Below are positions 56,186-64,000 of a DNA stretch of 64,000 nt, piece after piece. A model generated the notes under the pieces. That model saw only the letters and a list, made by a program, of their open reading frames with translations, did not search any database and was not told the DNA's origin. Each line of letters begins with the position of its first letter. The stretch's first letter is position 1. The translations under genes were made by a program, and so were the position numbers. This stretch comes from an uncultured Pseudomonadales bacterium (GTDB lineage: Bacteria; Pseudomonadota; Gammaproteobacteria; Pseudomonadales; JAUIET01), in NCBI GenBank assembly GCA_964544755.1, contig CAZJDL010000003.1:6959-70958 (forward strand), in the 5' to 3' direction.

Positions 56186-59049
56186 TACGCCATAGGCTTC
56201 CTGTTCTTATGCTGCTGACATTGCTGCTCAGCGGTTGTTCCACTATGTTCGGAGATCCTGCTCGCGAGCAGGATAAAACGTTGGCCGACCTGGAGGCGGT
56301 TGAGCCGCCAGCGGTTGACCGGCGCTTGCCCGAAAAGACCGCTGCACAGGTGATGCAGAGTTATATGGAATTGCTCGCCGTGGTGCAAGATCCTGACGTA
56401 AAAGCTGCCGCAAAGTCACGCTTGGGTGGCTTGATGATGCTGGACAACGAGAGCAAACAATTCGGCGACAACGTTACCGATGACGCCAGGCTGGAGCGTT
56501 ACTATAGCGACGTAATCAAGTTGTACGAAGAGTTGCTGGAGGAATTTCCCGACCGTGCCGGCAACGACCGCTTGCTGTATCAATTGTCGAAGGCTTACGA
56601 TCTCGACGGTCGCTCGGAACAGTCGAACGCGGTATTGGAAAAACTGGTAAGCCAATATTCCGATTCGGACTATGCCGTCGAGGCGTTCTTTCGGCGCGGT
56701 GAAACGCTGTTCTCAAACGCCGACTACGAAGGGGCGCAAGCAGCCTATGAACGCACTATCGGTTTCGGCGAGAAAACACCTTACTACGACAACGCATTGT
56801 ATATGCTTGGCTGGACCCAGTTTAAACGCAATCGATACGAAGATGCGTTACCGTCATTTTTGCAGGCGCTGGACCGTACCTTGCCGGCAGGGGTGCCGTT
56901 AAAACAATTATCGAAAACCCAGCGTGAACTGGTGGAAGACGCGTTACGGGTTGTGGCGATCATATTTTCGTATCTGGACGGCGCGCAATCGATTCAGCAG
57001 CTGATTGCCGAGCAAGGACCGCGTCATTACGAACCCTTGTTATACCAGCGTCTTGGCGAGCTCTACCTGAGCAAGAAGCGCTTCAAGGATACGGCTGATA
57101 CTTACGGGAGTTTCGTCGCGGCTTACGGTAGCAGCGATCTTGCGCCGCGCTATCACGTTAAACAAATTGAAGCCTACGAAAAGGGCAATTTCCCGACCGA
57201 GATCTTGCCTGCAAAAGAAAATTTCGTCGTTAGCTACGGCATCACCAGCGATTACTGGAAGGCGAAGGGGCCTGAAGTGCGTGCCGAGATTGAACCGCAC
57301 CTGCATCAATACCTGGATGAGCTGGCGAAAAGTGCGCACGCCACTGCGCAGCAGCAAAATAAACTGTGGCTGGCGGCGCAAGACGAACGTGCCAAAAAGA
57401 AACTCAAGTTCACCGAGGATGATATTCAACAGAGCTTCCGCACGGCGGGACGCTGGTATCAGGAATTTATCGACACTTTCCCACTCGACAAGAAAGTAGA
57501 GGAGATCTGGTTTCTGTTAGCTGAGAGTCAATACGAGGCGCGGGATTATGCGGCGGCAATTGAGTCTTACGAATACATCGCGTATCAATTTGAGGGTGAG
57601 AAAAATAAAGTCGAAGCGGGTTATGCGGCGCTGTTAGCCTACGACAAGCAACTTGCCAGCGTGCCGGCGGCAGAAAAAGACGCTTGGCAGAAGCGCAAGA
57701 TCGACAGCGCGGCGCGTTTCGGCGCCACCTTCCCCGACGACTCCCGCGCGCCGGTCGTGCTGGCCCGAGTGGCAGAAGACCTGCTGGCAGACAAACAATA
57801 CGAATTGGCTCGGCAAAATGCGACCGCGCTGGTTAATTGGGACAAGCCGATCGGCAAAAAACTCGAGCTGGCAGGTTGGCTGGTGTTGGCCCACGCTGAG
57901 TTTGAGCTACAGCAATACCGCGCGGCCGAGCAAGCCTATACGCGTGTTTACGCTTTGCTGCCAGAAAAAGACAAGCGCCGCAAAGAGATTAACGAGAACC
58001 TTGCGGCCAGCGTTTACAAACAGGGCGAGGGCTTGCTTGCCGAAGGCAAAACCAGCGCCAGCGTCGAGCAGTTTTTACGCGTCGCACAAATTGCGCCCGG
58101 CTCAACGGTGCAGGTCAATGCCGAGTTTGACGCGGCCACGCACCTGCTGAGTCTGAAGCAATGGCCGCGTGCGATTACCGTGTTAAAACGCTTTCGCAAC
58201 AACTATCCAGATAACGAATTGACAAAACAAGTACCGGCGAAACTGGTGTTGGCGTATCAAAAGAACGAGCAGTGGCGCGCCGCGGCCGATGAGCTGGATT
58301 ATATGGTGGTGAATAATATTGATCCGGAAAATAAGCGCGACGCCATGTACCTGGCAGCCGAGCTGTATGAGAAGGCGGGTGACGAGCGGCGTGCTATCCG
58401 CCAATATGATCGCTATGTAAACCAGTTCCCCGAACCGTTCGACGAGCGAATTGAGGCCATGCACAAAATTACCGAGCTGCATACGGCCTTGAACCAGAGC
58501 AGCGAAAAACGCCGCTGGTTGCGCAAAATCATAGACGCCGACGCCCGCGCTGGCACCGCGCGCAATGATCGCTCCAAATACCTTGCCGCCCAGGCGTCCA
58601 TGGTTTTTGCCGACGAGGCGCGCGATCAGTTTAACGCCGTCAGTTTGAGGTTACCGTTGAAAGCAAGCCTGAAGAAAAAGAAAAGGGTGCTCAAACAAGC
58701 GCTGCAAGCGTATACGAAAACGGCGGATTACGGCGTCCAGGAGTTTGCCACGCAGGCGAATTTTAATATCGGTGAAATCTACACGCGGCTGAGTCAGGAC
58801 TTGATGCGCTCACAGCGGCCGAAGAATCTGTCGGCGCTGGAGACAGAGCAATACGTGGTGTTGTTGGAGGAGCAGGCTTTTCCCTTTGAAGAGGAGGCCA
58901 TTGAAATTCACGAAACCAATGCGCAGCGTAGTTGGTCGGGAGTCTACGATAACTGGGTTAAAGCAAGTTTCCGTTCGCTAGCCAAACTGATGCCTGGACG
59001 GTATAACAAATCTGAAAGGAAGAAGGCGTACAGCGATGCCATTCAATAA
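56182..59049 (+). CDS. large TPR-repeat lipoprotein (955 aa)
   Basis: Lipobox LTLLLSG|CSTM. Many TPR/YbgF-like repeats (DRLLYQLSKAYDLDG, AFFRRGETLFSNADYEGA, ALYMLGWTQFKRNRYEDA, etc.). GTGA overlap with the upstream gene. Confidence 0.85.
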   Translation: MIRHRLPVLMLLTLLLSGCSTMFGDPAREQDKTLADLEAVEPPAVDRRLPEKTAAQVMQSYMELLAVVQDPDVKAAAKSRLGGLMMLDNESKQFGDNVTDDARLERYYSDVIKLYEELLEEFPDRAGNDRLLYQLSKAYDLDGRSEQSNAVLEKLVSQYSDSDYAVEAFFRRGETLFSNADYEGAQAAYERTIGFGEKTPYYDNALYMLGWTQFKRNRYEDALPSFLQALDRTLPAGVPLKQLSKTQRELVEDALRVVAIIFSYLDGAQSIQQLIAEQGPRHYEPLLYQRLGELYLSKKRFKDTADTYGSFVAAYGSSDLAPRYHVKQIEAYEKGNFPTEILPAKENFVVSYGITSDYWKAKGPEVRAEIEPHLHQYLDELAKSAHATAQQQNKLWLAAQDERAKKKLKFTEDDIQQSFRTAGRWYQEFIDTFPLDKKVEEIWFLLAESQYEARDYAAAIESYEYIAYQFEGEKNKVEAGYAALLAYDKQLASVPAAEKDAWQKRKIDSAARFGATFPDDSRAPVVLARVAEDLLADKQYELARQNATALVNWDKPIGKKLELAGWLVLAHAEFELQQYRAAEQAYTRVYALLPEKDKRRKEINENLAASVYKQGEGLLAEGKTSASVEQFLRVAQIAPGSTVQVNAEFDAATHLLSLKQWPRAITVLKRFRNNYPDNELTKQVPAKLVLAYQKNEQWRAAADELDYMVVNNIDPENKRDAMYLAAELYEKAGDERRAIRQYDRYVNQFPEPFDERIEAMHKITELHTALNQSSEKRRWLRKIIDADARAGTARNDRSKYLAAQASMVFADEARDQFNAVSLRLPLKASLKKKKRVLKQALQAYTKTADYGVQEFATQANFNIGEIYTRLSQDLMRSQRPKNLSALETEQYVVLLEEQAFPFEEEAIEIHETNAQRSWSGVYDNWVKASFRSLAKLMPGRYNKSERKKAYSDAIQ

Positions 59050-59719
59050 CGCGCAAACTGCTTTATCGCGGCCTTGTCTCGCTATCGTTCTGTTGCTCAG
59101 CTTGGCGGCGTGCTCGACATTTACCGACAAACCGGCAACAATGCCGCCGCCGGCCGACGAGGAAGTCGTGGAACAAGGCGAAAAGGCGCCGCCGAAACTG
59201 CCGCCCAACCCGTACTACGACAAAATTCCGGCCACTAGCGATGCCGCCAGGCAACAATTTCAGCAAGGCGTGACCGCCATGCGGAACAATAATTGGTCGG
59301 TGGCGGCGTCGGTGTTTACCGACTTGGCGAAAAATCACCCTAATCTGTCGGGTCCACACCTGAACTTAGGCATTATTGCACGTCAACACGGTGATTTTGA
59401 TGAGGCCAAACAGCATTTTTCACACGCTATCGAGGTGAATCCAAGCAATCAGGAAGCGTATAATCAACTTGCCCTGCTGTACCGGAAGCAAGGCGAGTTC
59501 AAACAAGCCGAAAAAACCTTCCTGCAAGCGATCAAAATCTGGCCGGGTTACGCCAGCATTCAACTGAACTTAGGTATTTTGTACGAGCTTTATATGGGTG
59601 AAATGCAGTCTGCGTTGCAACATTATGAAAACTATCAGCAGTTGCAAAGCGAGCCGGATAAAAAGATTGCCGGCTGGATCATAGATTTACAGCGTCGTAT
59701 TAAGGTGGCCAGTCGATGA
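59036..59719 (+). CDS. TPR-repeat lipoprotein (227 aa)
   Basis: Lipobox LLLSLAA|CSTF. TPR repeats (GPHLNLGIIARQHGDFDEAKQHFSHAIEVNPSNQEAYNQLALLYRKQGEFKQAEKTFLQAI). 14-nt overlap with the upstream gene. Confidence 0.85.
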   Translation: MPFNNAQTALSRPCLAIVLLLSLAACSTFTDKPATMPPPADEEVVEQGEKAPPKLPPNPYYDKIPATSDAARQQFQQGVTAMRNNNWSVAASVFTDLAKNHPNLSGPHLNLGIIARQHGDFDEAKQHFSHAIEVNPSNQEAYNQLALLYRKQGEFKQAEKTFLQAIKIWPGYASIQLNLGILYELYMGEMQSALQHYENYQQLQSEPDKKIAGWIIDLQRRIKVASR

Positions 59720-60021
59720 AAGCAAAATATCTGAATGTTTTATTGCCGGCTGTTTTGTTGTTGGGGTTGCAAGCTGTCCATGGTGAAGACGAACTGAATC
59801 TGCAAGGCACTTTTAAAGGCAACCGTGAGCAACCGCGTGTGCTGTATATCGTGCCCTGGCAGCAGCCGGGCGGCCCCGAGGGACTCGATCGTCCGGTCAA
59901 CGGATTGATAGACAATGTACTGACACCGATAGACCGCGATGTGTTTCAGCGCGAATTGAAGTACTTCGAGGTGTTGTCGAAGGGCGAACAGGAGTCGGCG
60001 GGCGGCATTCTGTCCAAGTAA
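59716..60021 (+). CDS. small secreted protein (101 aa)
   Basis: Signal peptide MKAKYLNVLLPAVLLLGLQAVHG. ATGA overlap with the upstream TPR gene. No family recognised. Confidence 0.7.
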   Translation: MKAKYLNVLLPAVLLLGLQAVHGEDELNLQGTFKGNREQPRVLYIVPWQQPGGPEGLDRPVNGLIDNVLTPIDRDVFQRELKYFEVLSKGEQESAGGILSK

Positions 60022-60307
60022 TCTGTCACACTGCGTAGTTTTAGAATTGTTGGTGGCCACGATTTGGTCACTTGCGGCTACACTTGTAAGTAGCGGAAGC
60101 GTAGCTCGGTGACCGGGCAATCATTCCAGCGGGGCGGTCCAGGCTGGAAGCGAGCATTAACGCGTACCAGCGTGATGTTCGAGATGTTGATGTCAAGACC
60201 GCAAGTAAAAGCGTTGCGCAGCGGCGTTGGAGTAGCCACGTTGTGGTGATACAGGCTTCAGTGTTCATGCGCAGCTAATGAGTTAATTGTAAGTTAAGGG
60301 TAAAGGC

Positions 60308-60985
60308 ATGGACACGTATACAACCATCGTCACATTTTTTCAAAGTGGCGGCCCGTTTATGTACCCCATCTCTATTGTGTTAGTGGTTGGATTGGCTATT
60401 GCAATTGAGCGGTACATTTTTCTGGCAGCGGCAAAGACGACCAATCAACGCGCGTTTAACAAAATGCTGCCGTTGTTACAGAAGCGTGATTATCGAGGCG
60501 TGCTCAACATTGCGCAAAAATCCAAGGCGCCGGTTACGCGAATTATCGCAGCTGGGGTGGCGCGCACAGCAACCACCCAGCGGCGCGACGAAGTCGAATA
60601 CGCGATGGACGAAGGCGTGCTCGAAGCGTTGCCGCGGCTGGAAAAGCGCACCCCCTATTTGGCGACACTCGCCAATATTGCGACCTTGTTGGGTTTGCTC
60701 GGCACCATTATCGGCTTGATCGCGGCATTTACCGCGGTTGCCAACGCTGACCCGGCCGAAAAGGCGAGCTTGTTGTCGCAAAGTATTTCGGTCGCGATGA
60801 ATACCACGGCGTTTGGCCTGATGGCCGCGATTCCTCTGCTGTTGTTGCACGCTTTCCTGCAGTCAAAAACCACTGAGATTGTCGACAGTCTGGAAATGGC
60901 CGGCGTGAAGTTTCTTAACCTGCTCGGTGATCACAAGGTGGTGACCTCGCAGTCGCGCGCCACCGATCCACGCAAAAGAGCGTAA
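60308..60985 (+). CDS. MotA/TolQ/ExbB family proton-channel protein
   Basis: 225 aa with three TM helices. Conserved C-terminal region LATLANIATLLGLLGTIIGLI.AF.......P......L...IS.AM.TTAFGL..AIP. Confidence 0.9.
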   Translation: MDTYTTIVTFFQSGGPFMYPISIVLVVGLAIAIERYIFLAAAKTTNQRAFNKMLPLLQKRDYRGVLNIAQKSKAPVTRIIAAGVARTATTQRRDEVEYAMDEGVLEALPRLEKRTPYLATLANIATLLGLLGTIIGLIAAFTAVANADPAEKASLLSQSISVAMNTTAFGLMAAIPLLLLHAFLQSKTTEIVDSLEMAGVKFLNLLGDHKVVTSQSRATDPRKRA

Positions 60986-60991
60986 CTCCCG

Positions 60992-61600
60992 GTGCGTCGA
61001 ATTCGCCATAGGCATCAAGAAGATGCCGAGCTGAACATCACTGCGTTTATGAACCTGATGATTGTGCTGGTTCCGGTGCTGTTGATGACAATGGTATTTT
61101 CGCAGATTACCGTGTTGGAGCTTACCCTGCCCGACGCGGTGACCAGCGCCGATACTCCGGATGTGGACAAACATCTTGAGCTTGTCGTTCGCAAAAACGA
61201 ACTGCAGGTTTATTACCCGCGTGGCTTCCTGCTAAAGCGTGTTCCCCTCAAACCGGTCGAGGAATCCGCCACTGCTGGTGCCGGTGAGAGTGACGGCAAA
61301 GTACAAAAAAAGCGCGAAGACTACGATTACGAGCTGCTATCCGATGTGTTGCAGGAAGCGAAGCGCCTGATCCGCGAAGCTGGCGAGAAGGCAGCGCAGG
61401 AGAAAGGCGTAGAGTATAAGGAAAAACGCGATATCACTATTTTGTCTGAGCAGGATACCGACTACCAAACCATCGTCAGCCTGATGGACGCCTCGCGTTC
61501 CTTCAAGGCGGTCGTCGCCGGCTCGGTGGTAGACGCCGAACTGTTTCCGGAAATTTCCCTCGGTGACGCACCCGAGGTACCCGAGGTCGCCAGTCAATGA
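60992..61600 (+). CDS. ExbD/TolR family protein, atypically long (202 aa) with a charged insertion
   Basis: N-terminus LNITAFMNLMIVLVPVLL (ExbD TM signature) and C-terminal ExbD-like Y..IV.LMDA. A ~60-aa acidic/basic insertion lies between them. GTG start. Confidence 0.8.
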   Translation: MRRIRHRHQEDAELNITAFMNLMIVLVPVLLMTMVFSQITVLELTLPDAVTSADTPDVDKHLELVVRKNELQVYYPRGFLLKRVPLKPVEESATAGAGESDGKVQKKREDYDYELLSDVLQEAKRLIREAGEKAAQEKGVEYKEKRDITILSEQDTDYQTIVSLMDASRSFKAVVAGSVVDAELFPEISLGDAPEVPEVASQ

Positions 61601-62124
61601 AGCGTTCCGGGCACACCAAACGTATGGCCAGGCACCAGGCGCGGTTGAAGAAACCTTCCAGCCTGAACCTGGTATCACTGATGGATATATTCACCATTCT
61701 GGTGTTTTTCCTGCTGGTGAATTCGTCTGAAGTTGAAGTGTTGGAGTCTAACAAAGATATTAAGCTGCCGGAGTCGGTGGCCGAGCAGCGGCCGAAAAAT
61801 ACCGTGGTCGTCATGGTAAACAACAAGGATCTGATCGTGCAGGGCCGCAAAGTAGCCGACGTCGCCGATGTATTGAGTTCCAGTGAATTGATCATCGGCA
61901 CGCTGGATAAAGAACTGAAATACCTGAGTTCCCGCCGGCCGCAGCTGAGCGAAGAAGAGCAGAAAAAGGGCCGCGCGGTGACCATTCTGGGTGATGAGAA
62001 AGTACCTTACCAGCTACTGAAGCGCGTGATGACCACCTGCGCCAAGGCGGATTTCCGCAATATTTCACTGGCAGTCAACAAAATTGAAGCGCCAACCGAC
62101 CTCTCTCCGGAACAGGAGGGATAA
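61597..62124 (+). CDS. ExbD/TolR family protein
   Basis: 175 aa. LNLVSLMDIFTILVFFLL TM signature and periplasmic domain (ILGDEKVPYQLLKRVMTTCA). ATGA overlap with the upstream gene. Confidence 0.88.
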   Translation: MKRSGHTKRMARHQARLKKPSSLNLVSLMDIFTILVFFLLVNSSEVEVLESNKDIKLPESVAEQRPKNTVVVMVNNKDLIVQGRKVADVADVLSSSELIIGTLDKELKYLSSRRPQLSEEEQKKGRAVTILGDEKVPYQLLKRVMTTCAKADFRNISLAVNKIEAPTDLSPEQEG

Positions 62125-62126
62125 CA

Positions 62127-63080
62127 ATGACAACGATGCAAATGGCGCGCGGCCCGGTATTGCTTCTGCCCTGGTCGGCAACAAAAGAAGACGACGAGAA
62201 ATTTCGCAAATATATATTGGTAGCACTGCTGCTATTTGTGATAGTGGGCGTTATTGTACCCTTGCTGCCCGTGCCGGAAATCGAGCGCGACGAGCTGGAG
62301 GAAATCCCGCCGCAGTTGGCAAAAATCATATTGGAGAAAAAACAGCTGCCGCCGACGCCACCACCGCCCGCGGCGAAAAAAGAGAAGCCGGTTGAAAAGA
62401 AAGTTAAACCCAAGCCGAAACCGAAGCCCAAGGTAAAACCAAAGCCTAAACCGAAACCGGTGCAAACGGTCGAGCAGGCGCGCGACAAAGCGGCGCTGTC
62501 GGGCTTGCTGCAGTTCAAAGATGACCTGCAAGAGATGCGCGAAAGCGTTGACAAAGAAAAGCTCAGTAACAATCAGTTATCGCGCGCGGCTGGCGACGCA
62601 AGAAAAATCGAGCGCTCGGTTATCACCGGTAAAGCCGGCGGTACCAGCGGTGGCATCAATACTGCCAGGTTGAGCCGCAATACCGGTGGCGCCGCCTTGT
62701 CGGGCCGCGAAACCACGCGTGTCAGCGGCCCTGTCGCCAAGCTTGGCAAAGGCGACGGCAGCGGAGCTGGCGGTAGCGGTGCCGGATCATCAGGACGCAG
62801 CGATGAGTCGGTGCGCAAGGTATTTGACCGCAACAAAGGTTCGATTTTCTCGATTTATAACCGAGCCTTGCGCAAAGACCCTTCACTGCAAGGTAAGGTG
62901 ACCATTAAACTGGTGATTGAGCCCAGTGGCGCGGTTTCCAGCGTTAAGCTGGTGTCGAGCGAGCTGAATAATCCCACGCTGGAGCGCAAGCTGATTGCGC
63001 GCGTCAAATTGATTAATTTTGGCGCTGAGGAAGTGGCGCGCACCACGGTAAACTATTCGTTCGATTTCCTCCCTTTCTAG
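62127..63080 (+). CDS. TonB-like energy transducer with AgmX/PglI-type C-terminal domain
   Basis: N-terminal TM helix (ILVALLLFVIVGVIVPLL). Pro/Lys linker (PPTPPPPAAKKEKPVEKKVKPKPKPKPKVKPKPKPKP). Gly/Ser-rich region. C-terminal TonB-fold segment IFSIYNRALRKDPSLQGKVTIKLVIEPSGAVSSVKLVSSEL. Confidence 0.85.
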   Translation: MTTMQMARGPVLLLPWSATKEDDEKFRKYILVALLLFVIVGVIVPLLPVPEIERDELEEIPPQLAKIILEKKQLPPTPPPPAAKKEKPVEKKVKPKPKPKPKVKPKPKPKPVQTVEQARDKAALSGLLQFKDDLQEMRESVDKEKLSNNQLSRAAGDARKIERSVITGKAGGTSGGINTARLSRNTGGAALSGRETTRVSGPVAKLGKGDGSGAGGSGAGSSGRSDESVRKVFDRNKGSIFSIYNRALRKDPSLQGKVTIKLVIEPSGAVSSVKLVSSELNNPTLERKLIARVKLINFGAEEVARTTVNYSFDFLPF

Positions 63081-63192
63081 CGTGTTCGGGGGTCATTAGC
63101 GGCCTCCTTACCGTTGTTGACCTCTGCAAGCTTATCTTTCATTATCCTGCCCTGTTGGATGACGTGGCTCGTTCGTTAGCAGTGGACAACAG

Positions 63193-64000
63193 ATGAAAAA
63201 TAATACGCGCACGGTAGACACATTAAACGGTCACAAAATCACCGTGTTTGAACAGGACCATATTGGTCAAAAGATAATAAAGACGGGTCTCTACGAGCGC
63301 GACTCACTGGCTTTTATTAAGCAGATACTGGCTAAAATGAGCAAGCCAATAGTGCTGGACATCGGCGCAAATATTGGTAATCACGCTTTATCATTTTCTA
63401 CCAGTGCCGCGCACGTATTCGCATTTGAGCCGTTGCCGGCGGTGTTTTCGTTGTTGACAAAAAATGTGGAGCAAAATGCGCTTGAAAATGTTGACGTGAT
63501 CAATGTTGCGTTGTCGAATAGCAACGGGGAATCGGAATTGTTTATGACCACCGACGGCAATGTCGGCGCATCGAGTTTTGATAAACGCGCAGACAGTGTC
63601 GAACCGGTGATCGTTACCAAGCGCGTGGGTGACGAGCTGGTAAAGGAGCTTAAAGTTGGGAAAATCGATTTACTCAAAATTGACGTTGAAGGACACGAGT
63701 TATTCGTATTGCTAGGCCTGGAGCGGTCAATTCGGCAACATCACCCGTTTATTATGCTGGAATGGGACAATCCGGTATCCATGCAGCGATTAAGAAATTC
63801 GAATATTATGCATGAGCTACTTGCCGAATATACCATTAAAGTCCTGGGTAATAACTACGACCAGGGGTATTGGCTGGGCAAGCCCTGCGCCCGTATTAGG
63901 CGCAAACTGACTCGCTTGCTATTCTCTAAGCAACCGCAATTGTATGACTTTAATGCAGACCTGGCCTATAAAAACCTGCTGCTAATACCCAAAGGGAAAG
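63193..64000 (+). CDS. FkbM family methyltransferase (3' end beyond window)
   Basis: Hand-translated from the ATG at 63193; no stop before the window end, so it is absent from the ORF track. VLDIGANIGNHALSF (SAM-binding) and IDLLKIDVEGHELFVL motifs typical of FkbM-type methyltransferases. Confidence 0.8.
   Translation, partial: MKNNTRTVDTLNGHKITVFEQDHIGQKIIKTGLYERDSLAFIKQILAKMSKPIVLDIGANIGNHALSFSTSAAHVFAFEPLPAVFSLLTKNVEQNALENVDVINVALSNSNGESELFMTTDGNVGASSFDKRADSVEPVIVTKRVGDELVKELKVGKIDLLKIDVEGHELFVLLGLERSIRQHHPFIMLEWDNPVSMQRLRNSNIMHELLAEYTIKVLGNNYDQGYWLGKPCARIRRKLTRLLFSKQPQLYDFNADLAYKNLLLIPKGK

Noticed and set aside
60068-60268. 66-aa minus-strand ORF in the TPR-motor spacer
   Set aside because: It lies opposite to the operon direction, has no RBS or recognisable motif, and the region is better explained as a structured or regulatory spacer.
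1-64000. CRISPR arrays, rRNA genes, transposases/integrases, prophage or known defence systems (restriction-modification, toxin-antitoxin, CBASS, etc.)
   Set aside because: I saw no regularly spaced direct repeats, no rRNA-like sequence, and no ORF with transposase, integrase, nuclease-helicase or methylase-endonuclease signatures. The only mobile-like signals are the short non-coding palindromic elements reported above.

Overview
This window looks like gammaproteobacterial chromosome (inferred from alaS-lysC-csrA-tRNA-Ser-tRNA-Arg synteny, Na+-oxaloacetate decarboxylase, a gsp operon and high GC with many antisense shadow ORFs). All calls rest on motifs read by eye from the translated ORFs; no database search was possible. 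Bases 1-18 kb are housekeeping genes: cysC (cut by the window edge), Sat-type ATP sulfurylase, kbp/ygaU, yciH, slyX, an hsp20 with a sigma-32-type promoter, dinB, an OmpA-family protein, fadE, greB, an M23 peptidase, trm112-like, HIT, alaS, lysC, csrA and two tRNAs. Bases 18.3-32.7 kb, directly after tRNA-Arg, hold a compact Wzx/Wzy-dependent exopolysaccharide cluster: GT2, Wzx with an unexplained C-terminal domain, a secreted beta-helix enzyme, Wzc BY-kinase, Wza, an OM barrel, a priming transferase, GT4 and Wzy. This cluster also contains a 167-bp palindromic MITE-like insert. Bases 32.9-36.1 kb are oadGAB, and 36.3-48.2 kb are a complete gspCDEFGHIJKLMN type II secretion operon with a repeat element between gspF and gspG. 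Two regions deserve most attention. (1) 48.3-51.3 kb encodes a 982-aa lipoprotein that combines TolB-like propeller repeats with three CXXCH motifs, immediately downstream of the T2SS. (2) 51.7-63.1 kb is a tightly coupled locus of two OM beta-barrels, a TlpA-like thioredoxin, three TPR proteins, small secreted proteins, a TolQ/ExbB-ExbD-ExbD motor and an AgmX/PglI-type TonB-like protein. Its parts list and gene order resemble the Myxococcus Agl-Glt/Nfs machinery, whose reduced core version has no known function in gammaproteobacteria. I saw no rRNA, CRISPR array, transposase, integrase or recognisable defence system.
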